Origin: Lama glama
Lineage: Eukaryota
DNA length: 64,000 nucleotides
Reading direction: 5' to 3'
Assembly: GCA_028534125.1 (NCBI GenBank)
Contig: CM052817.1
Location: 1,056,001-1,120,000 of the forward strand
Position 1 is the first letter of the stretch, and the number at the start of each line of letters is the position of its first letter. The position numbers and the translations under genes are program-made. The notes beneath the pieces were generated by a model, which worked only from the letters and a program-made list of their open reading frames with translations, was not told where the DNA came from and made no database searches. Shown here in pieces: positions 34,277 through 47,378 of the stretch.

Positions 34277-35560
34277 CTGCATGGAAAGATGGCATGTGGT
34301 CAGACACACTGGCACCCCATCTGCAGAGGGGCCTCGAGGGTCCAGACCACACCCCCCCCAGGAACCAGGCCCGCCGTGCAGGGAGTGGAGACCGTCAGTC
34401 TGCAGCATCTGTCTCAGCCTGGGCCCTCCAAACAGGGGCGGGTGGGGAGGCTATGGCAGCTGCAAGCCAGCCAGATTCTGGGGTGTCCACACCCAAAACC
34501 AAAAAGTGGGTCCACCACAGGAGTGCCAGCACAACGGCGGGCAGCCGGCTCCCAGGGTGGGGGCCTGCCTGTGGGTGCTGCGGTGAGGAGCTGGCTTCTC
34601 AACCCCCTGCAGGACTGGATGGGCAGCTGGTGCCTTGCCTCCCACAGATGGGACAGTGGGGGGCCAGCCCTGCCCTGGGCCCTGGGCCTCCTCCTTGCTG
34701 GGCCAACCTAGCCTGGCCGCCTGCCTGTGCCCTGCGTCTCCCCCACAGAGTGTGCACGTCTGGCCAGCAGAGACAGAGACAGAAAAGGAAGAAGACAAGG
34801 AGACAAAGGGGGCCTGCCCAGCTCTCTGCAGGCGGCTCGTGCTGGGCCTCCGCTTCCCAGGGTCTGTTCAGGGCTCTGGGGCGTGTTGGCCGCCCTGGGC
34901 CTGCTCCAGGCTTCTAAAGGGGCTTCTACATTTCCTGGGACGCACGGACTTCGAATGGCCCTAGAATTTCCCGAAGAATCTCTCCTCCGGCTCCTCCCCC
35001 GAGCCCCCCGGGGGGCCACGTGAGGCGCACACTGAGGCTGCCCACCTGGCGACGTCCTCAGCAGCGCCGCCACCTCTCGGCCTGCAGCGGGCTCTGAGCT
35101 GGTGGCACGGGGCCCTGTCAGTGCTGCAGGCAGCCCCCAACGAGTCAGGACAAACAGATAGGCTTCTCCAATAAGCTTTGCCTGCTCTCTCTGAACCAGG
35201 GACCCGTCCCACCCTGGACAGGGGGCTGCCGCGTGGGCAGGGGAGGGCGGGACAAGTGAAAACACTGCCAAGCTCTTCTACTGTTTCAAGTCGCTCAGCA
35301 CTTGCTTGGTTGCTGCAAACTGCTGACTGTTTTTCAGAGTTCTGACAGAGGCGCGCCGACAGCTTGGCTCTGTTGTTTCTGTCGGGGCGACAGGCCTCAG
35401 CTGCCTGCCTCACACTTCCTGACGTTCTGGAGCTTGCTCATTTTACCACCTGATTTCTAAGTACCGATGCATTGTTTTCTCCTTTTCCTACTGCGTTAAG
35501 CTATTTTGCCCACTTTTTAAAATCCTACCCTTGAACTTGGTATTGTTAACAGCTGTATAT

Positions 35561-36671
35561 TTTTTTAATTAAAATTTTTTTATTTTTTATTGAAGTATAG
35601 TTGATTTACAATGTCTCAGGTGAAGAGCAAAGTGATTTCAGTTATATGTATATATACATTCTTTTTCAGATTCTTTTCCATTATAGCTTATTACAAGATA
35701 TTGAATATAGTTCTCTGTTATATAGTAGGTCCATGTTTATCTCTTCTATACATAGTAGTGTATATGTGTTAACCCCAAGTTCCAAATATATAACCCCCCC
35801 TTTACCCTTTGGTAACCATAAGATTGTTTTCTATGTCTGTGAGTCTGATTCTGTTTTGTAAATAAGTTCATTCGTGTCAGTTTTTTTAGATTCCACATAT
35901 AAGTGATATCATATGGCATTTATCTTTGTCTGACTTACTTCACTTAGTATGATAATCTCCAGGTCCATCTATGTTGTTGCAAATGATATTTCATTCCTTT
36001 TTATGGCTGAGTAATATTCTATTGTATAAATACACAACAACTTCTTTATCCAGTCATCTGTTGATGGACATTTGATTGCATGTCTTGGCTGTTGTAAATA
36101 GTGCTGCTGTGAACATTGGGGTTCATGTATCTTTTTGAATTAAAGTTTTCTCCTGATATATGCTCCAGAGTGGGACTGCTGGATCACATGGTAAGTCTAC
36201 CTTTAGTTTTTTTAAGGAATCTCCACACTGTTTTCCACAGTGGCTGTACCAAACTGCATTCCTACCAGCAGTGCAGGAGGGCTCCCTTTTCTCCACATCC
36301 TCTCCACCATTTATTATTTGTAGACTTTTCGATGATGGCCGTTCTGATTGGTGTGAGGTAATATCTCATTGTGGTTTTGATTTGCACTTTTCTAATAATT
36401 AGTGATGTTGAGCATCATTTTGTGTGCCTGTTGGCCATCTGCATGTCTTCTTTGGAGAAATGTCTATTTAGGTGTCTTGTGTCCATTTTTTGATTGGGTT
36501 TTTTTTTTTTTTTGATATTGAGCTGTGTGAGCTGTTTCTGTATTTTGGAAATTAAGCCCTTGTTGGTGGCATCGTTTGTAAATGCTTTCTCCCACTCCAT
36601 AGGTTTTCTCTTCATTTTGTTTAGGGTTTCCATTGCTGTACAAAAGCTTTGAAGTTTAATTAGGTCCCATT
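35561..36671 (-). mobile_element. 5'-truncated L1 (ORF2 end plus 3' UTR) with TSD
   Basis: T-rich tail at left; ORF 36415-36633 gives [13 protein letters not shown]...KGLISKI...[16 protein letters not shown] (ORF2p); ttaacagctgt on both flanks. Confidence 0.92.
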
Positions 36672-37109
36672 TTAACAGCTGTGTTTAGATAAGAAGCAAA
36701 ACACCAAAATGCACCCAGGCTCAGAACAAATGTGTCTTGACCCCATGTCACCAGCCACCCTTGGTCCTCACCTCGTTTCCTTTATTTTGGAGATCCCACA
36801 GGTGCTCCAAACCTGCTCAAGAAAGACTTGCTGAAAACCTTACCTACCATTAGCTTTCCCTTTTACCTGCCCAGGGCCACCTGCAGTGACAGCAGAGGAC
36901 GCCCTGACCCAAATAAACGGACCTGATGACACTGCAGGGAGGGGACAGGGGGGCACATTGGAGCAGGGCACCCCTTAACCCACCCACACAAGTGACCTCC
37001 CCTCAGTTTGCCTTCGGAGTGGGAGAGTTGTCTGAGGAGGCAGCAGGAACGTTCCGGGACTTGCTTCTTCCCAGAGAGCCAAAGTGCGACCAAACCCAAA
37101 CAGCATAAG

Positions 37110-38540
37110 CGATCAGCAGCTACTACGGATGTATATCAAATGTTCTGATAACAGGATCCACTTTCCTCTTAAGCACATGGGACATATGCACAACAACCCA
37201 CCACACATTGGGACACAGGAAAAACCCCAAAAAGCTGCACACGGGAGAAATATTAAACAGCACTCTGATCACAGTGCAAGAAAACTAGACATTAAAAACA
37301 AAAACAAAACCCCCCAAAGCCCATCTGCCTCTAAATAAAACAAAAAACACTTCTATCAGACAACTTCTGGGTGAAGAGAAATACAAATAGAAATCACATA
37401 ATTTCTAATGAAAACACCACATGCCAGATCCAATGGACTACATCAAAACAGTGAGGAAAGTTCATAGCCCTGAAGGCCTATGTTAGTAAAAATGAAAGAA
37501 TGAAAGTATATGAATTAAATAAAAGCAAGCGAAAGAGCAACCAAGCAAATCAAAAGAATACACAAGGAGTGAAATATGAAAGCCAGAATACAGATGGGGG
37601 CAGAGGCTGATGAGAGTAAACAGGGAACAGAGAAACAGATCAAATTAATAAATAAAAATCCTGGTTCTCATAAAAACAAAATAAACAAACCATTAGCTGG
37701 TTTAATCAAAAGGGTAAGCACAGATATATAAGAAACAATGGAGGAAAGGAGCCGCAGATACAGAGGAAGTTTAAAAAAAAACTTAAACATTATTTTGCAC
37801 AATGCTGTGCAAGTAAAATTTAAAACTCAGGTGAAATGGATAATTTCTTAATAAAATAGTTATAAAAATTGACCCCAGTAGAGGTGAAAGTTAAACAGAC
37901 CAACATCTACAGAAGAAATAGAGAAAATTATTAAACACTATCCCACAAAAAAGGCCCAGATGGTTTCAAAGGGGAATTCTATCAACCCTCTGGAGATCAG
38001 AGAGTCCCCATGCTGAGTAAACTGCTTTAGAGTAAAGAAAGTGAAGAAAAACTTCCAAATTAATTTTACTAGGAAAGGATAACAGTGTATCACAATGTGA
38101 TAAAGAGGCCATCAGAAAGGAAAGTGACAGACGATTTCTACCTGCGAATATTGATTGATGGGATAACCCTAAATAGAATTTTGCAAACAGAGTGCAACGC
38201 TACGTTAGGAGAATAGCACCCCGTGGGCGAGCAGAGTTTACACCAGGAAAGCAAGGTTGGTTCAATGTTAGGACATCTATTAATATAAATCACCACGTGA
38301 ACAGGACTAAGGAGAAAATTACACGATTCTCTACATAGTTCTTGGAAAAACCCTGTGACAAAACTCAACACCTATTCTCAATAAAAACTCTTGAGAAAAC
38401 AGGAACAGCTTGATACTTCCTTAAAATTATAAAGCAGTACAGCTCACTCCTAGAGCTAGCTTCCTACTAACGGGGAAACTCCAAGGCAAGGATGCCTACT
38501 ACCGCTACTACCATTTAACCTTGTAACCTTGCTCTGGAAG
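37110..38540 (+). mobile_element. Old L1 ORF2 fragment (left part, interrupted by Tigger)
   Basis: A-rich; aggcccagatggtttcaaaggggaattctatcaa and other ORF2 RT-region hallmarks; no open frame. Confidence 0.8.
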
Positions 38541-38542
38541 TA

Positions 38543-41500
38543 CAGCTGAGCCTTGCAGAACACAGGTTTGAACCTCGTGGTCTACTTATACCTGTATTTA
38601 CTTCAATGAGTATTTTGAAAAAAATTTTGGAGATTTGCAACAATTTGAAAAAACTTGGAGATGGATTGCGTAGCCTGAATATTGAAAAAAATCAAGAAAA
38701 GGTTAACTATGTAATGACTGCATAAAATACATGTAGACACTAGTTTATTTTATCATCCACTACCATAAAATGTGTATGTCTATAATAAAACGTTAACATT
38801 TATCAGAGCTTACGCACACACTGGTAGGACACACATGGTGCCATTCACAGTCAAGAGACACGTATACCAATGTAATTGTAACTGCGTAGTGAACTGTGGT
38901 GCAAACTGTGCCGTGTAATAATTCTGTAGCCATCACCTGTTGCTCCTGCGCTGCGCCCGAGTGTTTGGAGCATCCACATAAAATCCCTGTGACACCCATC
39001 ACCTCTGCCTTAGCCGTCTGTCTCTCCGGAAAATTTCGCATCACAGTAAAAAGTGATCTGTCACTGTTCTCACATATTTTTCATTGTGTTTAGTGCGATA
39101 CTGTGAACCTTGGATAACACGGTGGCACCCATACACAAGAAGTGACACTAGTGATGCCAGAAGTGCTCCCAAGAAGCAGAGAAAAGTCACGACGTCACAA
39201 GAGAAAGTTTAATTGCTCGATGTGCACGGCAGATTGAGGTCGGCAGCTGTGGCCATCACCATTTCAAGGAAAACAAATTCAGCGTTAGGACCATTGCAAT
39301 AAAAGAAGAGGAAGTTCATGAAGCCGTGACTGCAGCGGCACCAACCAGCAGGCGTAAAACCTCACACTCTTTGTGAAATCCTTTTCACGTCGCACTGAAA
39401 GCGCAGCTTTGCCGCGGGTGCAGGACTGCGGTGAGGAAGGCTCCCCTACAAACTCTGATATGGTGTGAGGAAAAGCAAAGTCATCACGTGGCAGCTTAGA
39501 GCAAAGGAAGGTAAAGGGTCTAAAGCTGGAGAATCTGATGCCAGCAAAGGATGGTGTGATAATTTTAGAAAGAGGTTTGGCTTAAAAAATGTCAAGATAA
39601 CAGGAGAAGCAGCTTCTGCCGGTCCAGAGACAGCAGATGGGTTCCCAGACGCTGTTAAGAAAATCACTGGGGAGGAAAGGGATCTGCCTGAACAGGTTTT
39701 AATGCAGCCCAACGTGCCGTATTCCGGGAAGAAATTCACAAAGGGCATTTATGATAAGGAAGAGGAGCGAGAACCAGGACTTAGGGCAGGAAGGGGCAGC
39801 TAACTACTGCTCTGCACAAAGGCAGTAAGTCTGCGGCCGGGACCCCCCTTGTCCACGCAGCTGCTGACCCCCAGCCTTGAAGGGAAAGACGAACAACTGC
39901 TACTAGTCTTCTGGTTGCACAGCAAAGGAGCCTGGATCGTGAGAGCCCTTTTCTGGATTGTTCCATCGACACTTTGTCCCCGAAGCCACAAAATACCTTG
40001 CCAGTAAGGGACTGCCATTTGAAGTTCTTTTGGTATTGGACAATGGCCCTGGCCACGAAGACCCTGTGGGTTCAACACCAAAGGTGTCAAGTGGCCTGTC
40101 TGCCCCTGAACACAATGCCTTTGATTTGGCCTCAGATCAAGGGACCATCAGGACCACCAAGGCCCCTTCCCCACGGAGCGCTACGGAAAGGACAGTCAGC
40201 ACTCTGGAGGGAGCGCCTACAGAGACGGCGTCGGGCACGTCTGGAAGGGCCACAGCGCTGGAGATGCATGGTTGTTACAGGACAAGCCGCGAAAGTCGCC
40301 AAGCCCAAAACGATAAATTCCTGCGTCCGGACGTCATGCATGATTTCGCAGGATTCATCACAGAGCTGATACAGGAACTTGTGAAAGAGACTGTGGATCT
40401 GGCAAAAAAAGGGGGGGGAGGGGTGAAGCGTTTCAAGATACGAATCGTGGAGAAATTCAAGAGCTAACAGCAGCACACGGGAGGAATTAACAGAAGACAA
40501 CCTGATGGGGCCGAGCGCTCCCGAACCCGCCTAGGCGACAAGGAAGCAGACACAGACGAGGCAGCATCAGAAAACAGATGACACGCAACCCAGCAGACGC
40601 GGCCGGCTGTTCAAGGGCGCTTCTGACAGCGTGTATGACACGGACCCTCCTATGATACCGGCACTGAAACTGAAGCAGATGTATGAAGGAGGGCTGGTAC
40701 CCTATAGAAACACTTCTAAAGAAACGGAAAAGCAAAAAAGCCTCGTAGAAACCATGATGCATTTCCGTAACGTTGCACATGGGGTATGCCCACCTCCCCT
40801 TCCACCTCCTCCATCGCCTCCACCTCGAGACGGCAAGACCGCCCCTCCTCTGCCTCCTGCCCCCCAGCCCGCTGAGCGTTACGACATCGAGGATGAAGAC
40901 CTTCACGGTGGACCACCTCCACTTAATGAACAGTAAACAGTTCTCACGCTGTACAGTGAATAAATGTAAATGCTGTGTGTGTGTCTTCGAGTGAAAATCT
41001 GAGGTCTGAGGAGACAGCTCTGCGTCACCATCGCCGTCACCCAAGCGTCTGTCGTGTAGAGCGCACACACCAGGCTTGTGTCGGAGTGGGCAGCCTATCC
41101 TTACAGAGGCGTAAGGTGAGCGATATTTAATATAAAATTAATGATGTGTTGGTTTTCTTACTGTTTCATAACTTTGCTTTCAGAGAAGCACAGTATCATA
41201 TGGTACGCCCCTCCCCCCCAGCTGGAGAGACTGCGTATCAGCCTGGCATCGCAGGGAGGCGGTTTTTTAAACGTAACAGTGTTTCCAATACTGTGTCATG
41301 AACATGACTGAGTACTGTGAACCGTAACATTTTATGAGAACTCATTCATTAGTGTGTGGGCGGGGCTGCTGTGAAGCAGCCATGTCGACGACTCTAGGTG
41401 ACCATAAAGAATCCCAGAGCTGCCGTTTCTTTGTCAATGTACAGATCATTGCCCCTGTAAATAGACAGGAGCTTCTTTTTCACATTCCCTTTTCGTTTTT

Positions 41501-41852
41501 GACGTCTAGTACAGCATCTTGTATCACGTAAGACAGTACTGATGTGCAGACTGACGGACGATCCAACCTGCAATTAACTACAGCACGGCACCCTAAGTGT
41601 ATTTCTCTCCTCCTTGTGATTTTCTCAATCAAAGGGTTTTCTTCTCTTTGGCTTACTTGACTGTAAAAATACAGCGTATAACGCATATACATACACGAGA
41701 TGTGCCAGCCGACTGTTTGCTATTGGGAAGGCTTCTGGCCAACAGTAGGCTGTTAGTAGTTAGGTCTCAGGGGAGTCAAAGGTTATACACAAATTTCTGA
41801 CTGTGCATGGGGGTCAGCACCCCTAACCCCCACGTTGTTCAAGGGTCAGCTG
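38543..41852 (+). mobile_element. Full-length degenerate Tigger2-family (pogo/TcMar) DNA transposon, ~3.3 kb
   Basis: TA|cagctgagccttgcagaacac ... acgttgttcaagggtcagctg|TA (imperfect TIRs, TA TSD). Transposase remnants ASKGWCDNFRKRFGLKNVKITGEAASA and FHRHFVPEATKYLASKGLPFEVLLVLDNGPGH are broken by stops and frameshifts. Confidence 0.9.
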
Positions 41853-41854
41853 TA

Positions 41855-42900
41855 TTAGCTAAATAATTCTCTAATTAATTCAGTTCTCAAGAACTGAAAA
41901 TTAAAATACAACTCCCTCTAGTTGCAGATGACATGACAGTACTCCTGAAAATCCCTAGAGAATAAATAATTCACCAGGTGGCAGGAAACAAGACTAACAT
42001 AGCAAGCCAGCAGCTTTCATGTACACAGGTGGTGACAGCATGAAGATACACTGAAAGAGAAAACTCACTGACAATATTAATAAAGAAAATAAAATACTTA
42101 GATGTAAATTTAACAAGAAATGTATAAAATCTGTATGGAAAAAACTTTAAAACCTCCTGTAAGACACAAAAGTAGACTTTATCAGACAGAAAAACATTCC
42201 TCGTTCTTGACCGAAATGTCTCAACATCATCAAGATATCAGCTCTCCCTACGATAATTTGTGAATTTAATGTGATCTCAATAAAAATACCAATAAGCTTT
42301 TTCATGGAATTAGACAAGGTGATGCTAAAATTCATGTGGAAAAATGAGTGCCAAGACAGGAAAACGGAAACAACAGAGCTCTGAGGAGCACCAGGCCACC
42401 CACACCCCACAGGACACAACCAGTCCTCTGTAATTCCAGCCGAGTGGCGCTGGCGCAGGGGTAGACAGACCGCCGGGGACAACAGGGAGCTCAGACACAG
42501 ACTTGACTACACGTGGAAGTTAATGTAATGAGGACGCATCTCCAGTCACTGGAACAGAGATGGACTTCCTGACAAATGGTGTTGGGACAACTGGACAGCC
42601 AACTGGAAAATGATAAAAGAAAACATGGGTGACTTCCTCTATAATGTGGGTGTAGAGAAAAGCTTTCTTACTATGACTCAAAATCTAGATGCAATAAAAG
42701 ACTGACAGATGACCAAAAACCCCTCAAAACCCCAAACAAAACCCCAAACCTTTTGCAGGGCATAAGATGCGATAAGCAAAGTAAAAAGATGAACAACAAA
42801 CTAGGAGAGAATATTTGCAACCTGCATCAGAGATGAAGGGCTAACGTCCCTAACATTCAAGCTGCTTGTGGAGTGACCGCGCAGTGGCAAAACCCTGGCC
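41855..42900 (+). mobile_element. Old L1 ORF2 fragment (right part)
   Basis: ttgcagatgacatgac (FADDM-like RT motif) and aaatggtgttgggacaactggacagcc. Confidence 0.8.
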
Positions 42901-43084
42901 GGTCTGGCCCAGAGCACCCCTGTTGGCTGACCCTGGTCAGGGTGAGGGAAGTGTCCGGAGGGCATAACGCAAAGTATGAGCACTGTTGGGGAGATAAGCT
43001 CAAGGCTAAATTGTGAAGTAGACGTCATTCTGTCTGGGAAAGAATGCCAGGTCTTTTTGTGCTTTCTCTGATTGCTTTTAAAAA

Positions 43085-46000
43085 ATTAACTTTCTTGAAG
43101 GATAATTAACATGTGACAAAATGCACCCATTTTAAGCTACAGTCTAGGGAATTTTCAAATCTGCACCAGGTTCCAGATGGAGATAGAAGACATTCTGTCC
43201 CCCCAGAATGCCCCCTCATGTCCCTCTGCAGTCAAACCACCCCAACTCCTTTTCAACGCTGATAGTTTTTACTTTATTTTTAAACTTTTTTTAGGGGGAA
43301 GAAATTGGGCTTTTATTTATTCATTTATCTGTATGGAGGTACTGGGGACTGAACCCAAGACCTCATGCGTGCTAAGCATGTGCTCTACCGCTGAGCTGTA
43401 CTCGCCCTCCCTCGATGCTTGTAGTTTTCACTGTAAGGATACCACACAATTTGATAGACATTTGGATTTTTTCGAGTTATAGAAAAGCTACCAGGGATTT
43501 CAGGCACAGGCCTTTTTTCATCCATGTATTTTCCCTTCTCTTGGATAAATAACCGAGTGGAATTGCTGGGTTGTTCGTTAAGTGTGTGTTTACTCGATAA
43601 GGAAAGGATTATAGGTTTTCCAAATAGTACACGATTTACACTCCCAACTGCCGCGCATGAGAGTTGTGGTTGCGTCACGTCCTCGCCAGCCCTTGGCGTT
43701 CTAGTCTTCCTAGTCTCGGCCATTCTGGCGGGTGTGCAGAGACACCTGAGCGTGGTTTAGACTTGCATTTCCCCAACAACTAGATGCTCAGCATACACTC
43801 ACGCGCGTATTGGCGTTTAGTTTACGAACTGTCTACGCAGGTCTGCCTGTCTGGGGGATCGCCTGTCTTCCTGTTGCTGGGCTACAGGAGTCCTGCACGC
43901 ATTCGGATGCCCGCCTGTGGTCAGACGTTCACGCTGTATTTTCTCCCAGTGTGCGGCTCGCCTTTTCATCCTCTAATGGTGCTGTTCTAGCGCAGACGTT
44001 TTACAATTCGATGAAGTCCCATTTATCAATTCTTTTCCAGTGGCTGGTGCTTTCGGTGTGCTCTCTACGAAATCTCTGTCCACCCCCAAACATGAGGATT
44101 TTCTCCTAGAATTTTTATAGGTTTAACTTTTATTATGTTTAGCTCTGTGATCTATTTTGAGCTCATTTTTGTACGTGGTGTGAGGTAGGAGGCAAAGTTC
44201 ATTGTTTTCTGAGCGGATATCCAGCTGTTCTTGCACCATCTGGAAAGGTCTCTCCTTATCCTGCCCAATCACACTGATGCCTTTGCTGAAAATTAACAGT
44301 CATGTATGTGGGGGTCTCCTTCTGGACCCTCTCCTGTTCTAATGATCTGCACATCTGTCCCTACACTAATAACACTGTCTTGATTATGAAGCTTTATGGA
44401 GAATCCTGAATTCAGGTAAAATTCTTCAAACTTTTTTTTCTTTTTCAAAATTGCTTTGGTTATTCTAGGCTTTTTGCATTTCCACATAAATTTTAGAATC
44501 AGCTTGTTTATTTCCACAAGAAAATTTGGCTAAGATTTTCACTAGGATGGTTGAATTTATTGGTTGATTTGGGGCAAATTGACATTTTAACAATATTAAT
44601 TCTCTCAATAGTATGTCTCTCTCCACTTGTTTAGTTCCTCTCAGTAATGTTTGCAGTTTTCAATGTACGGGTCTTACACATAGTTTGTTAAATTTATCCC
44701 TAAATATTTTGTGCTTTTGGATGCTACTGCTATTGTATTGTTTTAAATTTTTAAATTTTAAAATTGCTCCTTGCTACTATATAGAAATACTGTTGATTTT
44801 TATCCTTTAACTTTGTTTCCTGTGCCCTTGCTAAACATTCTTGTTGGTTCTAATAGCATGTTTTTGCAGATCCTTTAGGATTTTCTGTGTACATGATAAT
44901 GCTGTCTGCAAATACAGCTTTATTTTTTTTCTTTCCAAACTGCATTCCTTTTATTTGTATCATCACTTCTGCTTTATTGCACCGGCTAGAGCCTCCAGTA
45001 CAATGTTGAATAGAACTGGAAACAGACATTCTTGCCGGGTTCCTGTTCTGAGAGGAAGGCACTGAGTTTTTCACCATTAGGTAAGGTGTTAGGTATGAAT
45101 TCTTCATATTCACCTTTACCATGTTGAGAAAGTCCCCGTCCCTAGCTCTGGTTTACTGAAACGGGCCTTGAATTCTGCCAAACACCCGTCGGCACCTGTT
45201 GAGATGCTTATGTGGTCATTCTCCCTTAGTTTCTTAATACGGTTAAGTACACTGATTAACGTTGGGATGTTAAGCCACGCGTTTCCTACGCAAACCCCAG
45301 CTGGTCACGGAGTGTTGTCCTTCGGCACTGCTAGATTTGATCTGCTAACATAGTGAAGGAGTGTCACATGTATGGTCACGAGTATACTGGTCTGTAGTCT
45401 CCTCTTCGTGTAATGTCTTTGTCTGGTTTGGCATCAAATTCTGGCCACATAAAATGAGTGGGGAAGTATTCCCTCTCCTTATATTTTCTGAAAGTATTTG
45501 TAAAGGATGGTATTACTGCTTTCTTAAAAGTTTAATCGATTTTACTAGCGAGGTCATGTAACCCTGGGAAAATTTTCATTACAAACTGAACTATTTTAAT
45601 AGATGAAAGGCTAGTTATTTTGTCAGTTTTAGTAATTTGCATCTTTTAAGAAATTTGAGTTATTAAATTCATGTACACTCCCCCATTGTTCTTTCAATAT
45701 CTGTAGAGATCATGCTGATACATATTTTTTTATTGCTGATATCGGTCATTTGTACTTTATTTCTTTTTTTTTTCCTTGATCAGTCTCTCCAGGGGTTTAT
45801 CAATTTTATTCAAATTTTCAAACATCTTGCTTTTGGTTCCTTTGATTTCTCTCTACTGGTGTTCTGTTTCTATTACATTGATTTCTACTCCTATTCTCCT
45901 ACTTGCTTAGGATTTAAGTTACTCTTATTTTTTTAGTTTTGATAATTTACTTTACTTTTCTTATTTTCTATTATAAGCACTTAAGGTCATAAATTTCTAA

Positions 46001-46650
46001 ACACTTCTATAGCTGCATCCCCCAATTTTTGACTTGTTTTCATTTTCATTTAGCTCAAAATATTTTCTAATTTCTCTTGTGACTTTTTTCTTTGAACCAG
46101 GGGTTATTTAGAAATGGAATCTTTATCTCCCAAATATTTGGGGATTTTCTATTCATATTTTTGTCCTTGATTTCTACTTTAATTTCACTGTATTAGAGAA
46201 CATAGTCTCTATGATTTCAGTCCTTTTAAACTATTAAGACCTGCACTGTAGCCACGCACGGGGTCTGCGGTGAGAAGCACGGCACTGCGCACGTAGGGAA
46301 CAGCAGTGTGGTCTGCCGCTGCTGACGGTGTTGTTCAGGTCTTCCATCTGCTGTCTGACTTCCCCGTGTTTGTATCCATCACTGGAAAAGTAGCGTCGGA
46401 ATCTCCGACTCGACTCGTAGGTCCGATGCTATTCACTTCGGTCTGTCAGGTTTTGCTTTATGCATTCTGAATCTGTCTTATCAGGTGTCCCGTATATAGA
46501 GCTGTTATGTTTTCTTGATGAATTGGCTCTTTTATGAATGTCTCTCTCTTTCCTGGTAATATTCCTTGTCCTGAAATCTAATTTGTCTGATGTTAATACA
46601 GCCACTCAGACATTTATCTGATTGGTCGTGATCTCCTGGTTTTTAATCAA
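43085..46650 (-). mobile_element. Old L1M (3' end plus ORF2 fragments), antisense, approximate limits
   Basis: ORF 44293-44517 gives EINKLILKFMWKCKKPRITKAILKKK and ORF 44850-45122 gives FADSIIMYTENPK (ORF2p-like); T-rich. Confidence 0.8.
43267..43411 (-). mobile_element. tRNA-derived SINE, Vic-1-like (second copy)
   Basis: 57/67 identity to the 29043-29187 copy over the tRNA-like head; imperfect TSD around ...tagtttt. Confidence 0.85.
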
Positions 46651-46941
46651 CATTCTCATCCACTGAACCACACAACGTGCCTCCCGTTACCAGCTCCAGG
46701 TCTGGGGAGAGTTTGGCGCCTTCGTGAAGAGCACATTTCTCTGGCTCCATACATTGTTCTCGGACACAATGACAGGGAATAAGGCCACCTGTGTTCTCGT
46801 GGGATTGCACACCAGGAAAAAAAGTATAATTTTTTCATTAGTTGCATTTTTATCTGCTGAAGTGGCCACTAAGAACTAGATGCAGATACTCCATAAACTA
46901 ACGTATCTGGAACCTGAAAGAATCTTTGAGAGGCTGGCACA

Positions 46942-47378
46942 CGTACTAGTTTCCTGCGGCTGCTGTAACAAATTGCCCTAAATGCAGCGGCTTAAAACAA
47001 GGGATGCTTCCTCGCTCACAGTTCTGGAGGCCAGAAGCCTGGCGTCAGTTCCACTGGCCCACAGTCTGGGGCCGTGCTCCTGCTGGAGGCTCTGGGGGAG
47101 AGTCTGTTCCAGGCTTCTTCCAGCCTCTGGCGGCTGCCAGCATTTCTTGCCATGATCACATCACTCCAGTCTCTGCTTCTGTGGCCACATGGCCCCTCCT
47201 TCTCTCGTCTGTGTCCAGTCTCCCTCCATCTCCTCTCATAAGGGCCCTGTGAGGACATTTAGAGCCCACTCCGATAATCCAGGATAACCGTGATCACACG
47301 GCAAAGACCTTTTCCCACATAAGGTAATCCTCCCAGGTTCCAGGGGCTGTCTTTATTGGTGGCATTATTCAGACTACA
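46942..47378 (-). mobile_element. MLT1 (MaLR) solo LTR
   Basis: Begins gtactagtttcctgcggctgctgtaacaaattgcc...ggcttaaaacaa...tcacagttctggaggccagaag and ends ggcattattcagactaca. Confidence 0.85.

Noticed and set aside
39465..40467. Possible domesticated TIGD-like transposase gene
   Set aside because: Fragmented over several frames with stops, and enclosed by TIRs as an ordinary fossil.
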